Source of the DNA: Phoronis australis | Lineage: Eukaryota > Animalia > Phoronida | Direction: 5' to 3' | DNA: 47,586 nt | Assembly (NCBI GenBank): GCA_002633005.1 | Contig: NMRA01000716.1 | Span: forward strand, 1 to 47,586 | Shown here: positions 22,851-35,925 of the stretch, one piece after another | How the letters are laid out: every line of letters begins with the position of its first letter | Numbering within the stretch: the stretch's first letter is position 1 | The notes under the pieces: generated by a model | What the model was told of the DNA's origin: nothing | Seen by the model: only the letters and a program-made list of their open reading frames with translations | Database searches by the model: none | Program-made: the position numbers and the translations under genes

Positions 22851-25548
22851 ATGAATCTCTGCCTGAATCTTTCTTAAAATCAATGCAATAGTGTAAGGGG
22901 AAAATCCGCTGTATTTCTGCAAACGAATCTGCGTCGAAAGGGAAACACCCGAAAAAGAATGTGGGGAAGCTTCCGTTGAGATAATTGAATTAAGTGCATT
23001 TAAATTTATATGTAATTATATAGTAGCTACACTTCCTTTCAAAGACAGGATAATATTGCCTATAGTAAAAGCCCATGCATCCTCTTATTCAAAGTTCATC
23101 TTTACGAGAGCACTCGAGCGCATTTTCATAGTAATGACGAAGAGCACTCTAATCACCTGAAAAGCAGGAGCGTTCGCACAAACAAAAATAACACAGACTG
23201 GTTATAAACCTGCATGGTCGAATGAGCTGAACACGCAATTATTTACCCACAATTTTTTGCAAGGTTTTTCGTCACACTCTGAAACCTCATCGGCAGTCTT
23301 GAGCACGTATCGCATCGATATTTGTGTTTTATTGGTTGGACACGAATAGAATATTTTCATTAGTTTCTAAATAAATTCCACTAATCTCAGTCGCATCTGA
23401 AGACTTAAATGCGTCACCTACAATTTGCATAAGCCCGTTTGGGTCGTAATCGTGTTACTGAGGGTGTTTTGAATAATATATGTGTGTTTACCAAAAGAAT
23501 TTGGCCTACGTGACTGGCGAGTGAGTAGGACACACATAAGTTCACCCGGATGATAACTTATGCCGTGTGCAACAGTGTGTGACGGCAACATCGACGCGGC
23601 AATAACTCTAGAGCGACAGTACCTGTCGAGTACTTCGGGGTAGAGTTCAGCAATGTTAGGACCAACATGTACGCTAGGATCTCTCTAAAATCTAGTCAAA
23701 ATCACGTGTTCTCGTTTAAATTACACTGCAATATTTCACATAATCTCGTAAAGAACTGTTTTCTAGAGAGGTCCTAGAGTTTCTGAAGTCTATCCGTTTG
23801 TTAAAACATACATGTAATAACAGAAGTTGCATGTGCTACAGGCTCCGCTTTTATTGGGGCTCCGCGCATGCGGCATTTTTTTTTTGGCCTACGGAAGCAC
23901 TGACCACGGGTTCTGCGATTCCAGTTTGGAACGTTTGTGTGGCACCGCCATTTTTAATATGTGTGGGGTCAAGAGTGTGGGGCCCAACTGAGTAAGTGAT
24001 GTTAGAAATTGTAGTTGTTGTGCTGCTCAAAGCTTACGTTTGCACACAAAAAGCCGTGGCACCTAAACGTGTTCTGACTCATCAGGACGCCAGACGTTCC
24101 ATGGTATTTTAATCATTCTTGAAGTTACAGTTTCGGTTTTTTTAAGGAACAGAACGGCAAAATCTTCATCTTCAAAACTTAAATTTGCGAAAAATGGGTA
24201 TATTTGACAAAGGTAGCATTCTTAATATTATAATCGGTTCAATTCAATCGCGCCGGGCTTGATTAGCGGCGTGTGAACTCCTGAAGTCGTCCAGTTCGAT
24301 TGGCTAACGTTCTCCAATGGATATACATGTACTGTCCCATCCTGTACATGTAGAAGCCGTCTCAATTGATTTTCTTCGTGAAGGTGAAAATTACTCCTAA
24401 TTTTCTTTTGCTTTGCAATAATCGCCGTGATGAGCGCACTTGAGTAGGGTCTCCATGTTTCCACCTATGCTACTGGCCCCGTAATACACGTTTATGCCCA
24501 TAACTGGTAGTCACTGAGATAATCTATATAGGCCGCGATGCGCTAAATGGCTAAATCTTCATTCAACAATTGTATTGTGGAAATATTAGGAATTTCTTTT
24601 TTACATATCAAGCCACTCTCCTGAAACAGACATTAGAAGATGGTGTACAGTTGCTTAGTGCATATGTATAACTGGGCTGAATGTTTGAAATATCACCTTG
24701 GTTCTGAGGATGTCGTCGCGTTACTGATTTACCTCACGCAAGCCAAGGTATTCAGGTGGTCATGGGTGACACAAAAAACTACGAATGCTGCGTGCAACAA
24801 TTTGGATTATTTTTCATTTAAGTAAATTGATTAGAAATATTCAAAGCAAACAGGAATAACTAAAAGTTTTTTAATTAAACACAAATCTTTTCCTGATTTT
24901 TTTCCAAAATCAATTTGGAAATTAGAAAGAGCGACAGCATAGAATTGGTATAGCTGGGATATTGATTGTGTTCGCCGGGTGCAGAATGTAATGATATCAC
25001 CCTTGTCGTAGCTTTGACCCCTCCCTTCGGTCGCCACTTATATGCCCCTCCCACCAAGTCATAGTCTACATGTATTTGCCGCATCCGCAACCTACCTCTG
25101 GTGCCAGAGAGCCACTGCCCAACTCCCCGCCCCGACCCTCGCTAATGCCTTGAGACACGGAATTCTCTGTAATACAACTGGCAAATTTGTATTGGCTAAC
25201 TCCAATAAACTGTGAAGCGCTTTCTTGAGTCGTTGGTGGTCTCCATGATACATGTATTTTGATGACAGAAATTAAATCATGTCGTGATTAAAAATATTGT
25301 GAGTCCGATTTCGCAATAGTAAAGAGCCTTATTCGATGTTTGTTTTTAGCCAGCTCAATGGACTTGAATTTGCAATGGATAAAGTCACCAATAAGCCGTA
25401 AAAGAACTTTTGGCATCGGAAAACACAATGCCTGACTATACATTAGAACAGCCAATTTGCAGACATGACATTTATTTATAGCCGCGCCCCCTGGTGCCAC
25501 GGTGCTTCTTGGGATAAAGTCCAGTAGGCACTTAGCATTGTCCTACGT

Positions 25549-26423
25549 GGTGACGGGAGGCGCCGGTGGATTTACCTGTTGCGTGCTTGGGTGATTTAAT
25601 AACAACAAGAAACAGCGCCATCTGAAGTATTGTGAGTTGGCGAAAAATCAAGAGGCTAGAAAGGTATGGGTGAAAACCATTGGCAAAGCTGGTAAAAAGG
25701 GCAGTTTAGTGATTTTGCGTTCTTTATTGCGTTGGGCCTTTAAGATGTGTACCCTTATATCAGAAATGGGCCATAACCAGTACAACTAAGAAGTGATCAG
25801 GTTTATTTCAAATGGGGGTGTATGGAAAAGCTAATGATTGTACTGTCCCATGACTCGGAAAAAGGCGCGGGTCTGAAGCAAAACTGTATCAAAGTGAAAA
25901 TGAAACTTTGGCTTTTTATTATTTGTCAGCAAGTTAGAGGGACATCTAGAAATATGTTTTGGAAGATATTTAACTCTGTCATGGGGTCTACATAGTAATT
26001 TGTCTACGGACACATGCAAGGTTTTGTCTTCTTCACCGATATTCTAGTGAACGCCATTCAAAAGCCCTGAAAATATAGCAGCATATCTACACAAATTATA
26101 AGAAAGAACAAAATACATGTAGAGTGGAAAGGGTCGAAAAACTCTAATGCTAGTATTTGCCTTGCAACCTTCAAAGTTGATGTCCTTCGTGCTTGCATTT
26201 CTACAACGCAGCCAACGTTTGAACGCAGCAACGGTGCTCGCTTCAAAGGGCTTATTTGCGACAGCCCCTGCCACCTCTACTTCTGTCAAATTTACTGCGC
26301 TCATTGTTGTTTATACAGTTCACGTACACAATGTGTCGACACTTGGTTACACGGGTCAATACCAGTACGCAACGCTTAAACTACTTCCTGACATGCGCAC
26401 TACGTTTCTCCATAGGGGCTATT
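25549..26423. mobile_element. Decayed internally deleted DNA transposon with THAP start (+) and convergent SAP-like ORF start (-); ISL2EU-like
   Basis: + 25549-25710: GFTCCVLG*FNNNKKQRHLKY...ARKVWVKTI (THAP N-terminus). - 26304-26165: NLTEVEVAGAV...TVAAFKRWLRCRNA. Possible terminus ...GGGGCTATT at 26423. Confidence 0.45.
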
Positions 26424-27039
26424 TGTGGGTGTCAAATGAATGCCAAATGTGCTTACGCAAGGAAGTAGGCACGTGCTAGCTTGCAATTGAATGCGGAACG
26501 TAAGAACGCAGAGATACATGTATAACAAGTTTCTGTGAGATTAATCACATTTCTAAATACGCAAATGAAAGTTTATGATTGTCATGGTATTCAACTTTCA
26601 ATTATTATGTCCCTTGATGTAGCATCAGTTCTAAGCAACAGTCAGTACCGATCTGTGTTTGTATCGGGAATTACATGGACACGTTTTTTGTGTAAATAGC
26701 CGCCGCAACAATTTTTTTTTGATTGTATTTATCCTTCTCCGCTTTTTTGTAAAAAGTTTCAAAATCACTGATTTTTGTACTCTTAGAAATTATGAAAGGG
26801 GTTGAACATTGTTCCTTACTCAATTTAGTTGTGCTTTTTCTGCCGAGGGAGAACTGAAAGGTCATTGGGTTGATCCGAGGGGCTGATCTTGTACACCGCC
26901 ATCAATTCTTTCCAAGCCCAGCAGGCTCACGTACACTCCAGCCTGATACGACTTTATAGCAGGTACTGTGAATTACATTAGTTTTTAGCCATAATAGGAT
27001 CGAAAAACGGACATTCGCCTCACAAATGAAAAGGTTCAT

Positions 27040-27420
27040 ATTGATTCGACGTTTCGTCTATTCATTAGACATCATCAGATTATAAACAATAAAATATCAA
27101 GTGTTGACATACCAGTCAGGCTACATCCATGAAGTGACATGAGTTTATCAACATTGACATGAAATAGTAAAAGGGTCATCACCATATCTGCAGGGTCACT
27201 GAGCTCTCCATTTTTTTCAGAGAACCAACAGCATGCTGGTCCTAAATGCCCAATGCCTCTTTGATGTAAAGTAATTCCATTATAGGTCCTTTACAGAATA
27301 TACTGACTGAATTAGCTTAGTAATTTTCACTGACATGATGTCTATAGACGTTACTTTTGTCTAAGGTGTGATGCTCTCTCAATCTGTCCAAGAGGCGTCT
27401 CTGTGTGAGTCCGATATCGA
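27040..27420 (-). mobile_element. Penelope-like retroelement 3' fragment (GIY-YIG endonuclease plus hammerhead)
   Basis: Minus strand: DIGLTQRRLLDRLREHHTLDKSNVYRHH...LLYIKEALGI...SVTLQIW* (YIGxTxRxLxxRxxEH motif), followed by a hammerhead core. Confidence 0.8.
27044..27082 (-). ncRNA. Minimal (Penelope-type) hammerhead ribozyme motif
   Basis: Minus strand CUGAUGA-U-GUCUA-augaa-UAGAC-GAAA-CGUC: conserved core, 5-bp stem II, palindromic ACGU stem III and a GUC cleavage triplet. Stem I pairing is poor. Confidence 0.7.
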
Positions 27421-30400
27421 ATTAATATCATTCGCAAATTTAATGCTAGAATGGTGTGTGTATATATGCATAACCAACCTCTTAATTTCAACACCTCAAA
27501 AGGGTCAGCTTTCGAGAATTTCCGTAAAAGCGCTCACCATAATAAATAAATTATAGGATTATTATCTCCCAAGTCTACTTTAAATCTTTTTGATAGTTAC
27601 GCGTATTTCAAAAAATCCGGTTATTTCATTTCAAGATGTTAATAAAAGACTACGAGTTACTTCCCCGTCCAATCGTATCGCTGCGCCATTACAACATCAC
27701 TGATGAGGAGATCACTGACAACTTCCGGCGTTTGTCCTCAGATAGGGCAACTGCAAACTGAAAACCTGAGGATGGCACTCAAGTTAGATGGATAAAGCCG
27801 TTACAAACCCGTTGACTTCATAAGAAATCAACATTTCAGTTATACCACTTTTACACTGGTCTCCATTTTTACTTTTTTTCTTGTCAGATGTGATTTCTGT
27901 GTCGCGAAAGATTGCAGCAATTTGTTGCTTCTGGAGTTCAAGGTCTTCTAGTTAACGTGTCACGGCGTGTCATCTTTATACACAAAGCATAGTTATTATA
28001 CTGGTAACGGCCACTTTACAGTAGCAATTGATAACATACGTTTCAAAATCAAAGTGCTCAATCCAACTAGAATTTGTAGTAGGCCTTCTTTTAACAGAAA
28101 CGCAGTAAATAACCGCAACCGGTGTTCTTCCGTAACTTACTGTTGAAAGTGTAGAATTAGGCAACACTTAAATGCAGTTATTGGAAATAAAATAAGGACG
28201 GGAAGATTAAAAACAGAATAACCAGACTCTAAAAACACAACAGCACAGAGAAATCCGTTTACCACTATTATTTATTGTACATGAAGGTACGTCGGTATTT
28301 GTGCAAAACATTTGATAGCGTTACTGCCGGTAACCTATGTGCGGGCTTATTGCAATGAAATGATGTAAAACGAGTACATCTTCGAGTAATCGTGAAACAG
28401 CAGCGGAATGCAACGGGACAGTAGCACACGTGTGTCAAAAATCGCATTTTGTTACAGCTTGATATCCTCTTCTAGCAAAAAACAATAATATTATGTTGAA
28501 AGCAATTGCCAGGAAGTGCTTTATGATGACATGTTCTAGTAAATTTTAAAAACACAAAAACAATTTTTATCCTTAAATTATTTCAACACTGTAAAAGTTT
28601 TTTTTCAGCTAAGAGCTGAGAAAAAAACAGAATTTGGAAAAAAGTTGACATTTTGATAAGGAAAAAATAAAAGTCAGTGATTGATTGATAAGACGCAACA
28701 TGTTCTTTAGATAATTTGATTTAAATTTATCTGTCGTCAACAGATCATCATCCCACGGAAACTTATTTTCCTTTCTGTTGGAACAAGGAAGCAAGTTCCA
28801 AGATACGCAACCCCAGATTGTAAATATGAGTACTCGATTTAAATTTCTCTTACAAGTAAAATACAAAACAACGTTCAAAACTGGAATGATCTTTAGTTTC
28901 AGGTTTTCAAGTCATCAGTGAAATACAAAAGTAGTTTTGAAATAAACTGGTCTCCTTTTTAGAGACAGAGCCGGTGATACGGTATTTGGTACCGACGTCT
29001 TTCGATGAAACTAGTCGGATTGGGAATTACAGATCATGCTTGATAGCAAATTTCTAATTTCGTTTCAGATCAGTCATTAGGGAATTTATAGTGCAACGAA
29101 CTGTTTTCCAAGAAAAAGGCGAAAACCAATAAGTACACGTAATTGACTCACTACTGCAGATGTAGATTTTTACACATTTGTTAGCAAAACCGAATTCACG
29201 CAGAAAGAGGTATACCCAAGACAAGGTGATTATTTTTATTTCGTCAAAACAAAATAGGTGCAGATCCACATCTGTCTACTCTTTTTGAAAAGACAGCTTT
29301 TGATTAATAATACAGCCGTAGATTAAACAACTTTGTAGTTGCCTTATTAAATATCAGTAGAATGGGTCTCGTAAGAGAAGCATATCACTGCGTATAAGGC
29401 AGTGTATGTATATTTGCACGTTTACTTTAATATCTATAAATTCATGAAACCAAAACAAAGAAACTTATATAGGAGTAAGACTTCTCTTTAATGCATTGGA
29501 AGATATTTATTTTCTTTGGCTGAATCGAATAAAAATTGACCAGGTCCAAACTGAAACAACAACCAAATTGACACTGTTTCTAAAGTTTGCCAAATAGGGC
29601 CTTCATGCCTGGCCTTCATTTTGCCAATTTCCCAAATTTCCACAGCAATTTTCCGCGTGAAAAGGCGATCCAAAGTGGGTCATACCCATGAGCCCCGGGT
29701 TTAATGTGTCCCGTGCTCTATGTCTCCCGTTTTATGCATATCGGGGATCTTTGTCTCCTGGGCTCTGTATGTCACGGTATGGTAGATTTGATTGTCTACC
29801 TGTAGAGAATGGTCAAATTGCATGACTTTGTATTTTAATGTCATTATAGGGTACAGACGGGGCGTTATTCAGTGGAACACTGGAAACAAAGATTATCCAA
29901 TTTCGTCAGTGGGCGTAATCATCACAATTTATGTCAGTCAGTATATGATTATGCATGCAAATCAGGTTAATGATAGGTCGATATTTTGCCACATTTGGTT
30001 TTGAGAGCAACTCAAAAAGATCATTTGGGTAAAGTACATGTATGGAGATTTCTTATACAATCCGCACATACTGGCTCATTTTGAGTGTTGACTACTCTTC
30101 GGGGTACAAATAGTGGTTTTCAGGAAACTGTCACGTGACTTAGACCTATGTGTAGCATGACTGTGAGACTGTCAAAAATGAACTGGACACCCAGGTTAAC
30201 ATATCGGTAAGAATGGAGCCAAAGATTTTCCGATACTTCCAATTGGTTTGAGGGATATGCTCACTAGGCTAATTATGACTAACAACTATAAGCTAATTAT
30301 GCATACAAATTAGAGTTAATGAGGTGTAGTTTCTTTTTATTAGGTATGATAGGGTAACTAAAATGGTCATTTGGACCAGGTATGGCAATTTCTTATGAAA

Positions 30401-31329
30401 CTTGTACATGTATATACTCCNCCCCCCCCCCCCCCTAATTCCGACTATAATCTTATGTCAGAAAAACGTTTAAAATACTGTTCTTGATTGAAAACAAGTC
30501 TGCACAAATGATCACGTATCTCTTGCTTCCAATCAATCGTCGTTTCAACAAAATGTCTGGGCCTTCAATAAAAATAGTATCAGGAAGACATTATCAATAA
30601 TCTTGTCTTCCTTATTCTATTAAAACAATAATTGCGTCAAGTAAAACATACAGAGAACGTGTAGAATACGAAGAAAACAAGGAACTTCAGTGTCATGCGG
30701 ACGTACAAGGGATAGACATCCGCTCCTATACATAGCATAAAATGTACGCCATGTGCCTATATAAGAAACACTTAAGGAAGACATTGTTTGAAATCAGCAA
30801 TCACTCCAATAGTCGTCTGGCTATAAATACGCATACGTACATGCATGGCATACAAATGCAACTAAAACAAAACTTAGTTTCGGGTGTGCATTGTACATTG
30901 TATACAAGATTAAGCAGAACAAGGTACGAGAAAATACAATGCTGTTAAACTAATTGAGTTTTAGGACACTCAATTTATTAATTTTTAGGTAAAAGGCCAC
31001 GGACCTATATTACAAAGCATACAGTGTAGCATATAAGCACTTAATTATATGCACATGAGCACACGATTCATATTTTGACAATACAGATGTACATTCGCGT
31101 CTTTCATTAAGTGTTAATGAAAATGTACCCACGTTTTTCACCCTTAAGAATGTTTTAATTGTATCTAAAAAAATACCGTTGGGTATATTCCTGATTGAAG
31201 GTAAATATTTTGGCGAATATCGTTTTATAAAGGACAGTCTTAATGAACGTTCACTGCTCATTATACTACTTGCTATTAATATTTATCTGTAAATCCACGT
31301 CAGTAAATCTCATGTTAGTAGATACGCAT

Positions 31330-32525
31330 CTACAAATTTTCATAACAATCCTCTAAGGGGTGTGGTGAATACAGAAGAGGACGGCAAGAAAGCGGCTTCA
31401 AAAATGATTGAAATGGCCACTGGGTGGTGCAGAATACGTAGAATACACCACAAATTCTAAAAATGCTGTCATCTTTATAGTTGAAAATTCTCTGCATAAT
31501 TTCCAAAAAAACATCTAGGAACTCACACGATATACAGGAAATTGTAAAACACTAAATTGCTTATGGGGGACATAGCGGTAGTCAGAGCCGTTCAAAAAAT
31601 CATGAGCAGCCATTGTCATTGACAGAAGGAACTAAAAATACAAAATCACCACTAGGAAACGTCACTGGTTTTAGATCCGTCCAAAAATCAACGTCAATTA
31701 TGGTCTTCTCATCATGAACACAAGGGCTACAATGGCCTTATGAGCACTTTGGGGGATATAAGGAGGGCGTTAAAAAACGAACTCTAAAAGGCCACTAGGT
31801 GGCTCAAACTACGTTGAATCTGTCCGAAAATGGAAAGGCATAGTTGACGCTTCGATGGAAAAATTTTTGCAAACTATCAGAAAAACCCTTTAATGAACAC
31901 CATGAAATCCAAAGATACAATGTCGAACGCAAAAAAATAAATCTACATGTACCACTAGGGGGGCACCTTTTGTCGGTTTGGTCTGAAACTCTTCGTCATT
32001 CGTTATCGTCTACCTAGAAAGGGATCTTACAAATTTATATAAGATGCTGCAAAGAGTTAAGGAAATTCAGCCATCGACACAGAAAAAGCAAAAATAGCCA
32101 GTAGGGGTCGCTACATTAGACGAACATGTCTGTTAATCAGTGTCAACCGCAGTCTTCTCATCAGGATCACATCTGGTATCTTTTAAAATGATCTTTTAAG
32201 TGGTTTTGAGAATAGGAAAGTGGACGTCAAAACGTACTCATTTTTTTAAATTGTTACCAGGTGGAGCAGAATACATCATATGCGTCTGACAATTCAAAGG
32301 GGCGTCATCGTCTTATTAACAGAAATGTATTCGTTCAATTTTAGGAAAACTCGTCGCCGTCTGTCTTCAGATTCACAGAAACACTTCTGTTAATTCTTAT
32401 TATGATCCTGCAAGGGCGTAGGCGATAGAGCTTCTGGCCTCTGACACCGGGACGCACGGACGCCGGACGCCAAGAAATTGATGGCGGTAATAGGTATCCA
32501 CAAAAAACATTTGGGCGCTTACAAA
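31330..32525 (+). mobile_element. Non-autonomous element with ~150-bp degenerate tandem core repeats and a GGAC/GACG microsatellite-like tail (Helentron/HINE-like)
   Basis: CCACTAGG-type motifs at 31417, 31649, 31792, 31952, 32098 and ~32254. GGGACGCACGGACGCCGGACGCC at ~32450. Homologous to 11560-12370. Confidence 0.55.
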
Positions 32526-33258
32526 CAGTTTTCGTATCGTCGCAAGTACCCACCATTTCTTAACACTGTTATTGTCGTTTTACTCGTATTCATTGTCGAT
32601 TTACATTCTTGTCAGAACCTTTATAACGAATCAATTAGTCTCAGAATTGACTAACCAGTAGATCGTCTACAAACCTAAAATATATAACTGTAACAGACCA
32701 AAAGTTAGTGGTCATTCAGGTTAAGTGAAAATAAAGAGATGAGAACTGGCAACTCTATCTCACACATAATATACTTTAAAATATGTTACAGGACCTTCCT
32801 ATTGTAATTGTACCCAGGATTTTCAACTTTTCTATACACTGTATTCAGAATGACTGAAGCACGTTGCATGCAGATGTAATGCTATCCTTTATCAACATGT
32901 ATTCAAATCCGTCACGCCACACCTAATCAAAGGCTTTTTTAAATCTATAAACACTCAGTAAAATCTGCATGTCTAGACATATATTTAATAATAGGAGTGT
33001 TCCGGAATCCTGCTTGTGCTTCATTCACGAAGTTTCCCGGCTACTTGCAGCTGAGTAATTTCTCCGTTTTCTGTATCATTTTAGCACAAAATGCATAACC
33101 GTTTAAATCAAATTCGTTTTCAGCACTTGTCCTGGTCTCTTGTCAAGCTATAACATCAAAACATTTAAAGCGATGTGATCAGGTATGTTGAATTTGTTTT
33201 TGAACCGTGTACGTTTCAGCTACCGACAGAAAGCCTTGTTGGCCTTCGACAAGTTTCT

Positions 33259-33600
33259 TTAAAGGAGAATGCCACCCGAAAACAACATATTTTGCATCAA
33301 ATTAGATCGAGTAGTTCTACTCGATAACGGTACGTTCGGTTGCGTTACCTGACACCTGACGGCTGACGAAGGTGTTGAAATTATCCAATGACGTCATTGG
33401 TTTCACACGCAGTCTATTCAGCAGTTCACAATACGGGTTACTGGTGTCAGCTTGTCGCTTGAATTCATCGTTTAACATCGATAAATCATCAATCTTCGAT
33501 GTAAAACCCTTAAAAATACACCGAGTTCTTATAAAAACGTGTTTTATTTCGCTGTTACAGATTTGTTGGTATTTGAACACACCGTAGCCTACAAAGTTCG
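33259..33600 (+). mobile_element. Possible non-autonomous Kolobok-type left end
   Basis: TTAA followed by AGGAGAATGCCACCCG. No matching right TIR seen. Confidence 0.3.
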
Positions 33601-35303
33601 GCAGGCCAATTTACCAAGGTCCGTAGCAGGAGTTAGGGGTGTGTTCGGAGATAAATTCGAAATATTCTTCCGTGAAATACAGACAGAATAAGCTAGATCT
33701 GTGTTGGCTAGACTTGTGATTTTTTGAGTTCTAAACACACAAAACGCTTGTTATCCCGGCCAGTGGCTCGGAACCCGATCTGGCCCGTCGCGGCCGGACT
33801 GAAGACATCATGAACATAAACCACTTAAGTTGGAAACTAAACTTCCAGTCAAACTATACTAGTCAGCCAAAGAAGTAATGTGTACGTGATTATGTTTGTG
33901 AATTAGCCACAAAACTGCAAATCTACTTACACGTCGGGGGCTGTGAATACAGGTTACCCTTTGCCCACAGAACCGTCATGGCAGAAGTTGTACATTGACA
34001 ATCATTATTTGAATAATGTATATGTAAATAAGGATTCCCCTAACACCTGGCCGTGTTATAGAAAATCGTGTTATTGTTTCACAACAGTTTCTGCCAGCAA
34101 ACACTGAATTAGCATGTGCTCACATGGCCTCGGTGTCCGGTCAATTAGTTTTACTGCACCTAAAGCCGGTAACGCAGTGGTTTATTCATTGCTAGCTTCT
34201 CAAATTATGTGCACTCACAAACACTCCAAAGGCATTACAAATTGCATCTAATGAGACAGACTTTGTTTCAGTTTTATATAAGTATTGGTTAGGGTGAGAA
34301 AAATTCATTTTGAAACAGAACGCTAAGTAATAAATGTCAACATGGCAACTTGCAATACCGACTTGGAGGAGTACTCAGGTGACTAAGACTTCCCAGGTAG
34401 ATCGTTAAGTTTCTCAGGATATCAGTTCAAACCAGAAAACACTGATCAAGAAATATTAGAGTGACGCCGTGAACGGGCACAGACAATCGAGCATATGGAT
34501 AATTGCGAAGCCGTCTCAATGACTTGTCGTGACACACGATATCAGATGGTTATTGCTCGCTTCCTATCATATGGGCTTGAGCGAAACGGCAAATACAAAT
34601 TTTAGAAGCAGGTGGGTATACAAACTGCCAAGTGGGATAAAGTACATGTATAACATAGAACAGGAGATGGGGACTCATAATCGCCAAGTAGACCATAACA
34701 ATACTGGTTACGCGTATTGGTGAACAATGTCATTGAAGACGCTCCTGTTTTTACTTTTTGATTTTGAATGGTATGGAGGGTCTGCTGGTTTGGAAAGTGG
34801 GGGAAGGAGTACACGAGATGTCATGCGCGCAGCCCCCCTTGGCTGCCGTGACAAAGGATCCCACCAAGAAGAGGCCAACAACTAAGGGATATCAAGTTTA
34901 AGTTTCAACAGGAAGCAACGTACTAAGCCTTTCCTCCTTTGCGGCAAAAGACCCAATCTGGAACCTGCGTGAAAACAATGGAATGTTTGAAACCCTCAGG
35001 TAGAATGTGAATTACGCCTTTAGGTAGGTGCAAGAGACACATTCAGGTGAAACTACATTATTGCAAATCAGTTTATTTGACTACGTTATGAATGTTGTAC
35101 CGGTTTTATGTACCAACTGCGATTGGTGCAGGTTTTCCATTTGTCTTCCTAATTATTTTGCCGGGGTCCTCTGATGCTCGCTACAATGTAGTGACGTTAA
35201 TCTCGTGAATTCATGTATATATTTTTCCTTCTTCCTACTATATCAGTTTGTATCACATCTTATCATCACCATCCACCACTACAACAGGAAATAGGTGCGC
35301 ACC

Positions 35304-35393
35304 TATAAATAGTCCACCGGGTTCGCACTGGTACAAACAGAAAAGACTATTGAGATTGATTTCGTCGATCTTACAGAGATAACATCAAATCAG
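35304..35393 (+). promoter_or_regulatory. Putative TATA box and non-coding first exon of the CLCA gene
   Basis: TATAAA at 35304-35309, with a strong donor CAG|GTAAGA at 35393/35394. The CLCA ATG (38183) sits only 7 nt after an acceptor (TTTTTACAG|, 38175), which implies an upstream UTR exon. Confidence 0.55.
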
Positions 35394-35752
35394 GTAAGAC
35401 ATTACGAGCGACAAAATCTTGTAAAAGCGTTAAAATACATTCGTTCTTTTTACTCAGAACTAAAGTATTTGTTGGTTTGCTTATGAAACTGCGCCAACAA
35501 CTCGTTTATCCCCTTTTCTCCTCGTTGTTTTTTAAATGCGCTAGTGTCAACCCATATCGTCTACTGATCAGCTCAAAAGATGAACTTAGTTACAAAATTG
35601 TGGTGGTGATATACATTCGCAGTCTTGTGGCAATTGTTGCAAATTTCTTTATTTTTATGTGATATTTGCTCTTACGTTTAACAGATTTGAATTAATATCT
35701 CTCAGTAGAATCTCCAAAAGTTGCCTTCATTCACGTCAACATTAGTCCGTAG

Positions 35753-35925
35753 CATGGACGGCTCTGCACTGTAATAACTGCAGGGCCAAAGATCCCACAG
35801 CCCCCCCCCCCCCCCNCCCCTATGGTGCACTGCCCATAGACCATGGGCGGTGCATTCCTGAAAAAAGTGGGAGCTACATGTATAGCCCCTCCCCCACCCT
35901 AGCCCCCTATGGTGCGCCGACCGTG
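35753..35925 (-). mobile_element. Dimeric CATGGGCGG-type MITE (reverse orientation)
   Basis: CCCCTATGGTGC occurs twice. Internal junction GCCCA-TAGAC-CATGGGCGG (TAGAC is the reverse complement of the GTCTA spacer). Confidence 0.65.
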
